Source: Octopus vulgaris
Taxonomy: Eukaryota
Assembly (NCBI GenBank): GCA_951406725.2
Contig: OX597815.1
Location: 91,140,001-91,204,000 of the forward strand
DNA length: 64,000 nucleotides
Direction: 5' to 3'
Both the position numbers and the translations under genes were made by a program. Below the pieces are notes generated by a model, which was not told where the DNA came from, made no database searches, and saw only the letters and a program-made list of their open reading frames with translations. This document shows positions 11,578 through 23,613 of this stretch, in pieces (position 1 is the first letter of the stretch; every line of letters starts with the position of its first letter).

Positions 11578-11616
<39 letters not shown>

Positions 11617-11649
11617 TGTATATATATCAATGTAATCATATATGTATAT

Positions 11650-11706
<57 letters not shown>

Positions 11707-11734
11707 TATAATACATCCATCATGTAGATGGATG

Positions 11735-11779
<45 letters not shown>

Positions 11780-12107
11780 AATATATATACAAATATATGT
11801 ATGTATGTATGTATGTATTTGTCATTCTATAAATAGACGGGTATCTATCTATCTAATCATCATCCTGTCTGTGTGTATATTTATCTATATAATCATCTTT
11901 CTATCTACATATATTCTGTTTCTTCTTCTATGTATCTTTCTACCATCAATCTACATATATTTAGTACTTTTTTCTTGTTTATATATCCCAACATGTATGC
12001 GTATATACACACACACACACACACGATCTATATATGTGTGTGTGTGTATATATATGTGCAAGTGTGTTTGTATGTATATATGAATGTGTGTGTATGTTTG
12101 TACATAC

Positions 12108-12172
<65 letters not shown>

Positions 12173-12435
12173 CGTGTGTGTGTATGTGTATATATATATA
12201 TATATATGATATAATAATACATACGAGCATTCAGACAGACAGACAGGCCAACTTTATTGATGGTCTGTTACATTAAGAATGATGTATGAATGTTCAGTAA
12301 GTTTACAAATATCAATATTTGTATATATCTTGGTCTATAAGTGTGTGTGTGTTTGTGTGTGCTTGTGTGTGCTTGTGTGTGTGTGTGCTTGTGTGTGTGT
12401 GTGCGTGCGTGTATGTGTGTGTATGTGTATGTATG
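11395..12435. repeat. Long compound (CT)/(TA)/(TG) microsatellite and low-complexity block
   Basis: Direct reading; source of many spurious ORFs. Confidence 0.9.
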
Positions 12436-12477
12436 TGGGTGGATAAAAGTATGAAAGAAAAGTAGAAAGCAATCAGT

Positions 12478-12720
12478 TGTTATTGTTATTTAGCCCAAGG
12501 TCAGCTCTGATCAAGCCAACCCATGAATAAAAAGCATTCCAGCTGTGATCATTCAGTCTTATCTATTGCTGTTGTTTTTTTTCTTTTATTTATATTCTAT
12601 CTTGGAATACATTATCCAATATATTCCTTCTTCTTTCAAGTTGGTAATGAGTGATTTGAGAGACATTTTGCTGCTACTTCTAGAGGTGAAACAACCAAGT
12701 GCAAGCTTCCTAAGCAGCCA
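12478..12720 (+). repeat. Old dispersed repeat (~250 bp), well-preserved copy
   Basis: TTTAGCCCAAGGTCAGCTCTGATCAAG...ACATTATCCAAT...GTGATTTGAGAGACATTTTGCTGCTACTTCTAG; colinear with 45410-45600. Confidence 0.7.
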
Positions 12721-13243
12721 ATGTCAGAGTTTAAATGATGATAGAGATGATAAGCACATGACTGTCTTGTTATGTCTGGTTATGACGTCATCAAGTCTGC
12801 TGTAATTTTCTATATGAAACATATATTCTTCACTCAAGTCTTTGGCACACTGTAAAGCTGCTGTTGCTATAGAAGTCATGTCTGTGTGTGCGTTTCTGTA
12901 TTTGTGTCTATGTCGCTCAGTCTGTCTGTATGTATGTATGTAAGTACATATGTATTATCTGTCTATCTGTGTTTTTTCGCTTCTTGATCAGAGTTTTAAA
13001 GTTTATTTAACCAACCTATGCTCAGTTGTAATGTTGTACTAGAAACCATTTTTCTATGAGAAATGAGCAACTTATGTGCAAGCATTTACTCTTTAAAACT
13101 TAAGGTCTTGTAGATTTTTATAGAGCTACTTTCTGTATCCAAGAATTCAAGTTCAGCTATGCTTTGATCCACCCAGTTGATACCTATCTTACCACTCCAA
13201 TATTAACACTGTGTAAGATGACTTTTTTCTTTGGGTAGCAGCT

Positions 13244-13646
13244 GTTATTTCCTATTTGCTTACCCCTAGAAAGTATGAAAATGGCTAATATTTCCTTCAA
13301 ACTTTGCTTTTGTTACATTTATCCAAACCACAAAGAATCCCTCTCAACTCATGGCTATGATACTCCCCCACAACTCTTGCTCATGATCAGAGATACACAT
13401 ATTGTCAGCCACTAAGGGATATGCTCAAGTGCTTAAGGTCAAGCAACTGACAAGCAAATCTGTGGTATTGAGCAGAGTATTTGCTATAACCATATTTCTA
13501 CTATAGCAACTCAGTGCTGAGTCGGTCTGAAATGTAACGGAACATAGGTCAGTTTTAAAACATATATATACAGGTCACAAAAGCAAAGTTTGAAGGGGAT
13601 AATAGTCATTTCCTTTGATTTCTAGATAGAAGCAAATAAATAACAC
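13244..13646. mobile_element. MITE, ~400 bp with ~70 bp imperfect TIRs
   Basis: Left TGTTATTT...CCTTCAAACTTTGCTTTTGT vs right ACAAAAGCAAAGTTTGAAGG...AAATAACA. Confidence 0.8.
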
Positions 13647-13879
13647 TTACTGACCAAAGACAAAAGAAAATTTTTATTTTGTTACACAGTGTAATGGGTG
13701 TAAAAGTGAAAGTATATTTTTATGCCTTTGATTTGCAACCTTCTCTACAATGGTCATAAAGGTCTCCTCTACCTGTATTTTTCTCTCTACATGATGGGTA
13801 TATCTTTATTTTGCAGTTGCAGACAATAATATCAGTTTGGTTGTTTTAATTCTTAGAATTCCACCAATGCTCTTTTTCA

Positions 13880-14372
13880 CTGTCATCATTTTTACCTTTC
13901 TCAATCTATTCCAGACTGCTCTGATTACCACACCATGCCACATGTGAAGATGTTTCTAAAGAGCATTCTTTTAATTGGCAATGATGTGGCTTATATCTTC
14001 GCATTTGACTTTTACACAATCTACATTTGATTGATAGCTGATGCTTTTGTCTTTTTGTAAATTGTGTGGTATTTGGAGATCTTTGTCTTATACAAGTGGC
14101 AAGAAACATTCTCAGTGAGATGTTATAAAGTTGTTGGCACTCCATACCAGTCATTAGCTGCTGTTTATTAAGTCTAAGCTTTTCATTTTAAGTACTTATA
14201 GGCATAGGGGTGGCTGTGTGGTAAGTAGCTTGCTTACCAACCACATGCTTCTGGGTTCAGTCCCACTGCATGGCACCTTGGGCAAGTGTCTTCTGCTATA
14301 ACCTCGGGCCAATCAAAGCCTTGTGAGTCAATATGGTAGACGGAAACTGAAAGAAGCCCATTGTATATATGC

Positions 14373-14417
<45 letters not shown>

Positions 14418-15010
14418 TGTGTTTGTGTCTGTCCCCACAACATTGTTTGACAACCGATGCTGGTGTGTTTATGTCCCCCATAACTTAGCAATTCAGCAAA
14501 AGAGACCGATAGAATAAGTACCAGGCTTACAAAGAATAAGTCCTGGGGTTGCTTTGCTCGACTAAAGGTGGTGCTCCAGCATGGCCACAGTCAAATGACT
14601 GAAACAAGTAAAAGAGTAAAAAGAGTATATATAATCTTTGTAGTGAACAAGTTTATAGTTATTCATATCTTATTATTCTTAAAAAGGACTTTCCCATGTT
14701 TCTTGGAGGGCAAGATCTGTATCAGATTTTATGTGTTATTTCATGTCTCTCCTTAACTTCAGTAGCAATATTACATTTCATTTGCTTTTACATTTGGCTT
14801 CACAAACGTGAGTGAAATAGCTACTTAGCTTTTTTCTCTGTTGGAAATGTTGCTTCAGTTTTACAGTCTGTATCTTGTACAATGTTAACACAGATTTACA
14901 GCCACTACCAGCCTCTTTGAGTAAGAACCATAATCTATCAGCATCTTTAATGAGATTAAAATTTCCACTAACACCAACCAGGTTCCATCTTTCTTAAGTC
15001 TTGTAGCAAC
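13880..15010 (-). pseudogene. Decayed non-LTR retrotransposon of RLE type (R2/R4/NeSL-like), split by SINE-A at 14201-14627
   Basis: Minus strand DADRLWFLLKEAGSGCKSV resembles the DRLYxxRKxGGRGLxS post-RT motif; downstream KCRLCKSQCEDISHIIAN...WHGVVIRAVWN resembles the CCHC/RH motif preceding the REL endonuclease. Confidence 0.65.
14201..14627 (+). mobile_element. SINE-A, full length
   Basis: Colinear with 10566-10975. Confidence 0.92.
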
Positions 15011-15182
15011 CAATTCAGAAGACCCGATATAAGTGCAAGAAGTTACGGGCATGTAAACAAATTAACATTGGTTGTCAAACAATGGTGGTGGGGACAGATA
15101 CAATGACACCCACATAAATATATACATACATATATATGTATATATACACATATATACATATATGTATATATATATGTATATC

Positions 15183-15551
15183 CTTTTATTCTTTTACTTG
15201 TTTCAGCCATTTGACTGGGGCCATGCTTGAGCCCTACCTTTAGTCAAACAAATCAAACCCATGACTTAGCCTTTGTAAGCCTAGTACTTATTCTATCAGT
15301 TTCTTTTTGCCAAACTGCTAAGTTACATGGACGTAAACAAACCAGCATCGGTTGGGGTACAAACAAAGACACGCAAACATATACATATATACAGGCTTCT
15401 TTCAGTTTCTGTCTACCAAATCTACTCACAAGGCTTCGGTCAGCCTGAGGCTATAGCAGAAGACATTTACCCAAGGTTCCACACAGTGGGACTGAACCCA
15501 GAACCATGTGGTTGGGAAGCAGGCTTCTTACCACACAGTCATGCTTGCACC

Positions 15552-15552
<1 letters not shown>
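15183..15552 (-). mobile_element. SINE-A, near full length
   Basis: Reverse complement of the SINE-A head and tail; a further partial copy lies at ~15025-15115. Confidence 0.88.
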
Positions 15553-15583
<31 letters not shown>

Positions 15584-15584
<1 letters not shown>

Positions 15585-15722
15585 GACTGCTTCATACTAC
15601 ATGCATTATATGCACTACTAACAGTTTCACATACATAAGTACATTCATCAGACGCTAATGAACGTACTTATTTACACAAAACTATCAGTAGCACATGTAA
15701 TGCATGTAGTATGAAGCATTTA
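15584..15722. mobile_element. Small hairpin MITE (~135 bp), probable TA TSD (Tc1/mariner type)
   Basis: TGCTTCATACTACATGCATTA...TAATGCATGTAGTATGAAGCA, ~60 bp imperfect arms with a 9-nt loop; many mismatches look like CpG decay. Confidence 0.75.
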
Positions 15723-15734
15723 TAGTAACATATA

Positions 15735-15905
15735 CACATACGATGGGCTTCTTTCAGTTTCCATCTACAAAATCCACTTACAAACGCTTTGGTCAGCCTG
15801 AGGCTATAGTAGAAGACACTTGCCCAAGGTGCCATGCAGTGGGACTTAAACTGGAACCATATGGTTGAGAAGCAAGTTTCTTACTACACAGCCATACCTG
15901 TGCCT
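15735..15905 (-). mobile_element. SINE-A, 5' half
   Basis: Reverse complement of head and CORE-like part. Confidence 0.85.
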
Positions 15906-16632
15906 ATGCATATATATGTACATTTTCTTTAAGACTATCTCCAATACTGAGCCTTCAAGTACATGTTATTGTATAACATTTTTGCAGTAGTTACTGTTTT
16001 GTATATTTTGATAAACATGTATATATGTAGTTTTGGGATATATATTTAAATTTGTATGCATGTGTACCTGTGTGCTCATACCTTAGTAAGCTTTTTGGAG
16101 AGTTTTTTGCATGGGTACACTGTTCTGATGGTTACTGATTGCAATCTTTTTTCTAGTTTGAATTCATACTGTCAGAATCCATACACTGAAATACATGAAA
16201 GTTCTAAAACTGTTTAAAATTTATTTTAAAAATTTCTTGGGATCAAAGTTTTCATATTAAGAGAAAAATTTAAATACTTGGTTAAATATTCAGCATTTAG
16301 TTGATATTTTCACTTAAAAGATAAAAATATGCACTGAGCACTTGATTCCTTCTTCTTTACAGACATACTTTTATGACGTTAGTGATTACATATGATATAT
16401 AGTGTTGGAGACTGCATATTACATATTAGCTAACCAAATGAATTATTCATTTACAAACTTGACATTTTGGTGAAAAAAACCTGGAATTTAGAGTTTATTT
16501 TGGAATAGACCTTCCTTTATTTTCTTTCAAGGTTCTTAATTGGATTATTTCATCTTCAACAATATTTTATCAATGCTGGGGAAGGATTTTTCAATTAAAT
16601 TAATCCCTGTACTCAATGATACTTTCGTTATA

Positions 16633-16847
16633 GGCATAGGAGCGGCTGTGTGGTAAGTAGCTTGCTTATGAACCACATGGTTCTGGGTTCAGTCCCACTG
16701 CGTGGCACCTTGGGCAAGTGTCTTCTACTATAGCCTCGGGCCAACCAAAGCCTTGTGAGTGGATTTGGTAGACGGAAACTGAAAGAAGCCTGTCGTATAT
16801 ATGTATGTATGTGTGTATATATATATGTGTGTGTGTGTGTGTGTATG

Positions 16848-16884
<37 letters not shown>

Positions 16885-17100
16885 GTATGTATATGTTTGT
16901 GTGTCAGTGTTTGTCCCCCCAACATCGCTTGACAACCGATGCTGGTGTGTTTACATCCCCGTAACTTAGGAGTTCAGCAAAAAAAGACCGATAGAATAAG
17001 TACTAGGCTTACAAAGAATAAGTCCTGGGGTCGATTTGATCGACTAAAAGGCAGTGCTCCAGCATGGCCACAGTCAAATGACTGAAACAAGTAAAAGAGT
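16633..17100 (+). mobile_element. SINE-A, full length
   Basis: Colinear with 10566-10975; long internal TA/TG tract. Confidence 0.93.
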
Positions 17101-18233
17101 AACCCCAAAAAGATAAAATGCAATGGGATTTGAGCATAAAATGTCAGAAGAAATACTGCAAGGCATTTTACCAGACACTGTAATGACTAGGCCAAGACGC
17201 CACTCTATTATTATAATGATATTAGTCTTTTTTTGAAGTACAAGTATATAAAGGATAGTTATTTTAGCAACTGACAAACACATTAGATTCTAATGAGATT
17301 TGAACTTCACACCCAACCGATGTATCTAAATCCTGAAATACTTCTGGTTCAATGTTTTACTATTTCTGTTATCTCCACAATCCACAATCCTCTGCTGTAT
17401 GTAAATAAGGATTTTGATTGACTGTGCAGGCAGACAGTCAGTCTTCATGATAAGCTAATGTAGACTTGACTGAAATGATTCCAGTATTGTTATAAGGAAA
17501 TGATTTATTATTTCCTGCATGTAATTTGCCTAACAATCTCCACTACTTCTATCTTCTTCCATTCTGCCAACTGTTATATTCCATATCAGATTTCTTGAGA
17601 GTTCTTGAGAAATAATATGAAAGTACTAAACTAAAGAAAATATAAGCATTCATGCAGTGATGGATTTAGGCACAAATAAACAAGCTGCAGCTTAAGGTCT
17701 CACAATATGCAGTGGCCTCAAAATAATTGAATAGCATATATGTTTTCAATTTTCCTTTTTGAAACCTTCTGGTGGAATTTTTTTAACAAGGGACTGGCAA
17801 GCTTTATTGCATGAGGCCTCACTACATGTAAATCTGGTATTACATACATAAGTAAAAAAAAGTATGTTACTACTTTATCAATTCTTGACAGATGAAGCAT
17901 AATGCTGTTCTGAATGTCAGAAGATAGATTAAAAACTGTAGAGACAGTATTCTGCCAGTTTTGTCATCTCACTGGTCTTCAAAACAGAACTGTGAGACAG
18001 TGAGACTATTTAGCTATCCATAAGTCTCCAGGCTTGGTAGTCTTCACTGCCTGTCAAAACACTGAACTGTAGACATATTTAATTATCTAGTATTCTACAA
18101 GTTTGGCTGACCTCTCCATTCTTCAAAATATAGAACAAAAATGAGCCAACAAAGGTTTTCAAGAGATACAAACAAGACAATCTTCGTGCATAACAAACTC
18201 TAGTATCTTAAAGAAGGGAAACACTGAACAATG

Positions 18234-18636
18234 TACTCTTTTACTCGTTTCAGTCATTTGACTGCGGCCATGCTGGAGCACCGCCTTTAGTCGAGCAACT
18301 CGACCCCGGGACTTATTCTTTTTGTAAGCCCAGTACTTATTCTATCGGTCTCTTTTGCTGAACCGCTAAGTAACGGGGACATAAACACATCAGCATCGGT
18401 TGTCAAGCAATGCTAGGGGGACAAACACAGACACACAAGCACACACACGCATATATACATATATACATATATACGACGGGCTTCTTTCAGTTTCCGTCTA
18501 CCAAATCCACTCACAAGGCTTTGGTCGGCCCGAGGCTATAGTGGAAAATACTTACCCAAGGTGCCATGCAGTGGAACTGAACCCGGAACCATGTGGTTGG
18601 TAAACAAGCTACTTACCACACAGCCACTCCTGCGCC
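18234..18636 (-). mobile_element. SINE-A, full length, young (CpGs retained)
   Basis: Reverse complement of SINE-A. Confidence 0.93.
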
Positions 18637-18797
18637 TATTTTAACATGTATAAGGAAACCTTTTTTGTCAAAAATTAGATTCAAAATATATGGGAGTTTC
18701 TTATACATGGATAGTATTATAATCCCTTACAAAACCCTTTTTCAAAATTTTAAGCCCCAAAACTTAGGGGGCTCCTTATACACGTTAAAATATGGTA
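18637..18797. mobile_element. Mariner/Tigger-type MITE (~160 bp), left terminus interrupted by SINE-A
   Basis: TATTTTAACATGTATAAGGA ... TCCTTATACACGTTAAAATATGGTA inverted termini; internal CTTATACATG subrepeat. Confidence 0.65.
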
Positions 18798-19061
18798 ATT
18801 TGAAATGAACTGTAGATGAAAAGGAGAACAGGATGGTTGCTATTTAAGCAACTTTCATCATAGACCTGTTTGATTAGGACTGGCAACCAACAGAGGAGTG
18901 AATAACTATTAAGAGAACCTCTAAATGATTGTCTTACTTGGTAAAAATAGCTGTCTAAACTCCCCAGTGTCTTACCTTACCATCTCAAAAGTTAAGAACG
19001 CATTAGATAATTTTATCCTATATACATTATATCCCCCAAAAATTATATGAATTTTTCTTTT

Positions 19062-19411
19062 TTTCTTTTATTTGATTTAGTCACTTAACTGGGGCCATAC
19101 TGGAACACACTTCAGGGGGTTTAATCAAACAAATAAACTCCAGGACTTATTCTTTTCTAAGCCCAGTACTTATTCTATCAACCTTTTAGGCCAAACCACT
19201 AAGTTACAAGGACATAAACACACCAGCCTCAATTGTCAAGCAATTATATATATATATACGATGGGCATCTTTCAGTTTCTATCTACCAAATCCACTCACA
19301 AGGCTTTGGTTGGCCCAAGGTTAGAGAAGAAAACACCTGCCCAAGGCGCCATGCAGTGGGACTGAACCCAGAATAATGTGGTTGAGAAGCAAGCTTCTTA
19401 CCACACAGCGA
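19062..19411 (-). mobile_element. SINE-A, diverged
   Basis: Reverse complement of SINE-A. Confidence 0.85.
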
Positions 19412-19849
19412 CACTATAGTTAGTAAGTTTTGAATCATAAGTCTTCTCAACTAGGGTTGTTCTGGGGCTAAACAAGGTAAGCTTTATAGGAGAACGTTTT
19501 TAGTTGAGTGGATTACATTAAAGTTGTAATTGGAATAATTTTATCAATCCCCAGAGGAAAATGTAAAAAGTTATCCTCAACAGGATTAAAACTCTGGTTT
19601 ACTCCAACAGGTAATTACTGTCTGGGACCTCTTTGCTACTCCACCCCTATTCACTGTAGCAGAGCTACATAATATGTGAGTTGACCTGCACACACAAAAA
19701 TGTCTTATGGTGATTCATACTGTTTTTCTATTTAATAGTACACACTTGAACTGCCAATGAAAACTGCTATACTGTGCATCAAGTTAAATAATGATTGTTT
19801 TCATAAATTATTGTTCTCTTAGCTGCTTTTTGTGGATGGTAAAGGTTTT

Positions 19850-20000
19850 AAGCATTACTTATTTTATCGACCTATCAACCACAGAAGGACACATGACAAC
19901 GTAACTTGGCAGGTTTGAACTCAATGTGTGAATGGAGAGAGTAATATACCACAAGGCATTTTATCCAGTGCTTTACTAGTTCTGACAATCCACTGCATTT
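19850..20000 (-). mobile_element. SINE-B (Meta-domain-like), degenerate
   Basis: TACTTATTTTATCGACC...TTTGAACTCA...GCATTTTATCCAGTGCT matches the reverse of 23400-23613. Confidence 0.55.
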
Positions 20001-20455
20001 AACAGCATGTAAAATAATGAAATACAAACAATTTGTGTGTGTGTGTGTAAGTGGGGAGGAGGAATAGCGTATGCAATTTTGAAACCTGACTTCTGCAATT
20101 CTCTAAGGGTGAACAAATGATAAATGAATAAATAAATAATGAATGAATAAAAAAAGAGAAAAATAGCCGAAAAAATTGTAAACTTATTTAGTGTGTTAAA
20201 AGAATATTGTCTCGCCTAGTTTCATTACTCTTCGAGTTCATCTTTGAACTAATTGAGTAAAATTAAGGAACACTTTTGAATAAATTTATTCAATTTAAAT
20301 TCATTCCATTTAGCTTTAAAGAAAATATCAAAAATTTAATTACATACAATAGCTAATACAATTCCAAATTCTCCAAGAACCTTATAAATTGGCTTCTTTG
20401 GCTATTCAATAACCAATACTTTTTTTTTTTTTTTGATTCTGTATTCTTTGCTACC

Positions 20456-20620
20456 AGGCAGCAAATTGGTGGAGTCATTAGAGCATCGGATAAATGACTT
20501 GCAGTATTTGTTCCAGTTCTCTGCACTTTGGTTTAAAATCTAGCAAATGTCATCGTTGCTTTTCATCACCTTAAGCTCAATATATAATACATCAATCCTG
20601 AGCAAAGGCACTGAGATAGA
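20456..20620 (+). mobile_element. SINE-B (Meta-domain-like), degenerate
   Basis: GGCAGCAAATTGGTGGAGTCATTAGAGCATCGGATAAATG...GCTTTTCATC head and central domain. Confidence 0.6.
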
Positions 20621-21810
20621 TCCTTCACTTTTTCTTCCTTTCTCTCATAATCAACTGCAGTGTCCAAGTCTGTGCCCAATGACAAATGAAGTGACACATT
20701 GACTTGAGCACCATAACATCAATGAAATGGATTCGCTTGGACTGAATAGAGTTTGTGGAGTTTTCTTTTTTATCATTGCTTTGTTTCCTCTTATTTACAC
20801 ATTCTATATCATAATTGGTTAGCAATATCATCGTCGGTTACAGGCTTCCAACAATACAGTTGCAGATTAACAGTAATGGGTGAGTACACATAAGTCACTC
20901 TAAAATAAATATCATAGAATTTCATTAAAAGAGCAAGAGTTTTCATGTAGGTGTAAGCTGTACGTGTTCAGTGTGTGTATCTGTATGTGCACGTGTATGT
21001 ATGTGCATGCGCATGTGTGTGTGTGAGAGAGAAAGAGAGAGTAAAGTGAGATTCCACTCAGCTTCCATTATCTAAACCAAATTCCACACACAGTATATTG
21101 ATCAACTGGAGTCTAAAATAAAGACCACTTGCCTAAGGCACAACAGAATGTTTCTCAGTTGAATCCAGTAATTCTTGACAGTGAAATGAGTTTTTTAACC
21201 ACATAGCTATACCAGTACCCATTTAATTAAGAGAATATAAAAAATTTGTCCATTACTTTTTGAGATGAGAGCAGCACTCATGATGCTCTGTGATTTGGTT
21301 AAGAAAAAGAAACAGTTGTCTGCAGACTGGGAAACTGACATGTATGCTTGTAACAGAGTAAACAACCAAGAGGTAAGTGGTGTTGTTAAAGTTTGAGTAA
21401 AAGAAACATATATACACACACATACACAGAAATTTGTTTTAAAACCTCTCTTCAACCAGAACCCTACTTAAAATGTAAAGGAGAGATTTTCTGATCATAC
21501 CAACACGAAAGAAAATATGTGCTTGGATACTGATGGACTACTGGTGGACCATAATTATAAAAGAGTTTCTACTATCAGTGCTTCCCACCACCACAGTCTG
21601 GAGACTCAGCACAAGGTTTGCCTCACCAACTTATCACATGCAAACATACATGCATTTACACAAACATGTTCACATGTGATTATAAGTCTGGACACCCACC
21701 ATATCCCCATTTTCCACTCCCACCTCCCCAACCCAACACCAACCCCATGGCACCTGTACTGAAGTCCCAACTCCACTCTATCAGAATTAGGGCTTTGGTG
21801 CAGGTGGTAT

Positions 21811-22145
21811 GAGGCGTGACTGTGTGGTAAGAAGCTCGCTTCCCAACCACATGGTTCCAAGTTCAGTCCCACTGTGTGACACCTTGGGGAAGTATCTTCT
21901 ATTATAGCTGTGGGCTGACCGAAGCCATGTGAGTGGATCTGGTTGACAGAAACTGAAAGAAGCCCAGCATACATATATATATATATATGTTTGTGTGTTT
22001 GTTTGCCCACCATCACTTGACAACCTATTTTGGTGTGTTTATGTCCCCATAAAGGCTTACAAAGAATAAGTTCTGGGGTCAGATTTTTTTTTATAAAGGG
22101 AATCCTCCAACATGGTCACAGTCGAATGGCTGAAACAAGTAAAAA
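21811..22145 (+). mobile_element. SINE-A, internally deleted
   Basis: Head, CORE-like part and tail recognisable. Confidence 0.85.
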
Positions 22146-22521
22146 TATATATGTGGGTGTGTGTAATGAATAGGGAAAATTATACTCTGTATATTGCTCA
22201 ACTATTTAGTGCTCAAAGTTAATTGGCCTATTGAAATATTACAGAAGATTTGGGATTTGAGACAAAATTCTGGGTTATCAGTCCTTCCATGAAAATTAAA
22301 ATTTCAATCCATTAAATATATATGTAAAATAAATATTTCGATATGATAGGTAAATGTACGCATTGAAACAATATATAGTCAACGATACTGAAATCATATA
22401 AATTTGTACATACAGGATCAGTTCGTCACATCAAATCTGCTAATATCAAAGCACACAAGAGTATATAGAAAGTTCAAAGGGAGAATTCCGAGTTAAAATC
22501 TAAATGTGAAAATTAACGTAT

Positions 22522-22612
22522 ACATCCTACAGTCGTTTCAGGAACATAGTGGTAAGAGTAGATATTGATTTAAAATCCATTCTAGTATTGCTACTTCCTT
22601 CATCAGAGATAC
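22522..22612 (-). ncRNA. Type I hammerhead ribozyme motif, left arm of IR2
   Basis: GUAUCU-CUGAUGA-AGGAA...UUCCU-GAAAC-GACU-GUA-GGAUGU. Confidence 0.7.
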
Positions 22613-22690
22613 TAATATCTCGTATGGATCACATTTGGTACGTTTGTTCAAAGATGTTGAAGTACCAAATGTGGTCCATACGAGATATTA

Positions 22691-22781
22691 GTATCTCTGA
22701 TGAAGGAAATAGCGATACTGGAATGGATTTTAAATCGATATCTACTCTTACTACTATGTTCCTGAAACGGCTGTAGGATGT
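22691..22781 (+). ncRNA. Type I hammerhead ribozyme motif, right arm of IR2
   Basis: GUAUCU-CUGAUGA-AGGAA(~50 nt)UUCCU-GAAAC-GGCU-GUA-GGAUGU; intact core, wobble-rich stem I, minimal near-palindromic stem III, predicted cut after A22775. Confidence 0.75.
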
Positions 22782-23077
22782 ATACGTTAATTTTTACATT
22801 TGGATTTTAACTCTGAATTCTCCCTTTGAACTTTCTATATACTCTTGTGAGCTTGCACATCTGATGTGACGAACCAATCCTGTATGTACAAATATATGAT
22901 TTAAATATCATTGAATATATATTGTTTCAATGTGTATGTTTTCCTGTCATATCGAATATTTATTTTACATATATATTTTTATGAAGCATATAATGGACTG
23001 AAATTTTACATTTCTATATGGAGAGATAACGCGGAACTTTGTCTCAATCCAAAATCCTCCGTAATATATATATAGTA

Positions 23078-23250
23078 AAAAGGTACCCAGTATATGCTGT
23101 AAAGTTGTTGGTATTAGGAAGGGTGTGCAGCTGTAGAGATCATGCCAAAACAGTTAGTAGGGCTTGGTGTAGACCTCTGGTTCATTAGCTATCAAATCCA
23201 ACCCATGCCAGCATGGAAAACAGACGTAAAAGGATGATGATGGTGATATA
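23078..23250 (+). mobile_element. RTE LINE 3' tail fragment
   Basis: TTAGGAAGGG...CAACCCATGCCAGCATGGAAAACAGACGT...(GAT)n, as at 62160-62335. Confidence 0.8.
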
Positions 23251-23399
23251 TCTTGTTTCAGTCGTTGGACTACTGCCATGTTCGGAGGATTTGTTTTGCC
23301 TGGCTTTGAAGTATACTGTGTTTTTTAACAATGTGCATCTTAAAGTGTGCACTAAGTGTTTGGGAGTACATTAGTTTGTTAATATATTAGCTTATGATA

Positions 23400-23613
23400 A
23401 GGTAGCAAGCTGGCAGAATTGTCTGCATGCTAGGCAAAATGCTTAGTGGCATTTCATTCATCTTTACATTCAGAATTAAAATTCTGCTGAGATCAACGTT
23501 TCCTTTCATCCTTTTGGAGACAATACAACAAATACCAGTTGAGCACTGAGGTCAATGTAATTGCCTTATCGCACTTCTCCAGAATTACTGGCTTTGTTCC
23601 AAAATTTGAAACC
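23400..23613 (+). mobile_element. SINE-B: tRNA-derived SINE with Meta-domain-like centre
   Basis: Head GGTAGCAAGCTGGCAGAATTG...AAATGCTTAG; centre CCTTTCATCCTTTTGG...TACCAG; tail CCAAAATTTGAAACCA. Confidence 0.75.

Larger units (their letters stand above)
22236..23067. mobile_element. Long inverted repeat IR2 (~405 bp arms, 20-nt spacer), probable Penelope-type inverted pLTR
   Basis: 22236-22641 pairs with 22662-23067 (more diverged than IR1); canonical hammerhead core on both arms. Confidence 0.8.

Noticed and set aside
9834-12276. Numerous 60-125 aa ORFs rich in Y/I/H/T/C/V/M (likewise 35236-36132, 47179-47857, 53554-55029, 62930-63734)
   Set aside because: Translations of microsatellite or low-complexity DNA, open in several frames on both strands.
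17654-17842. Possible MITE with GGATTTA/TAAATCT termini (similar case at 34400-34583)
   Set aside because: TIRs too short and degenerate, no TSD.
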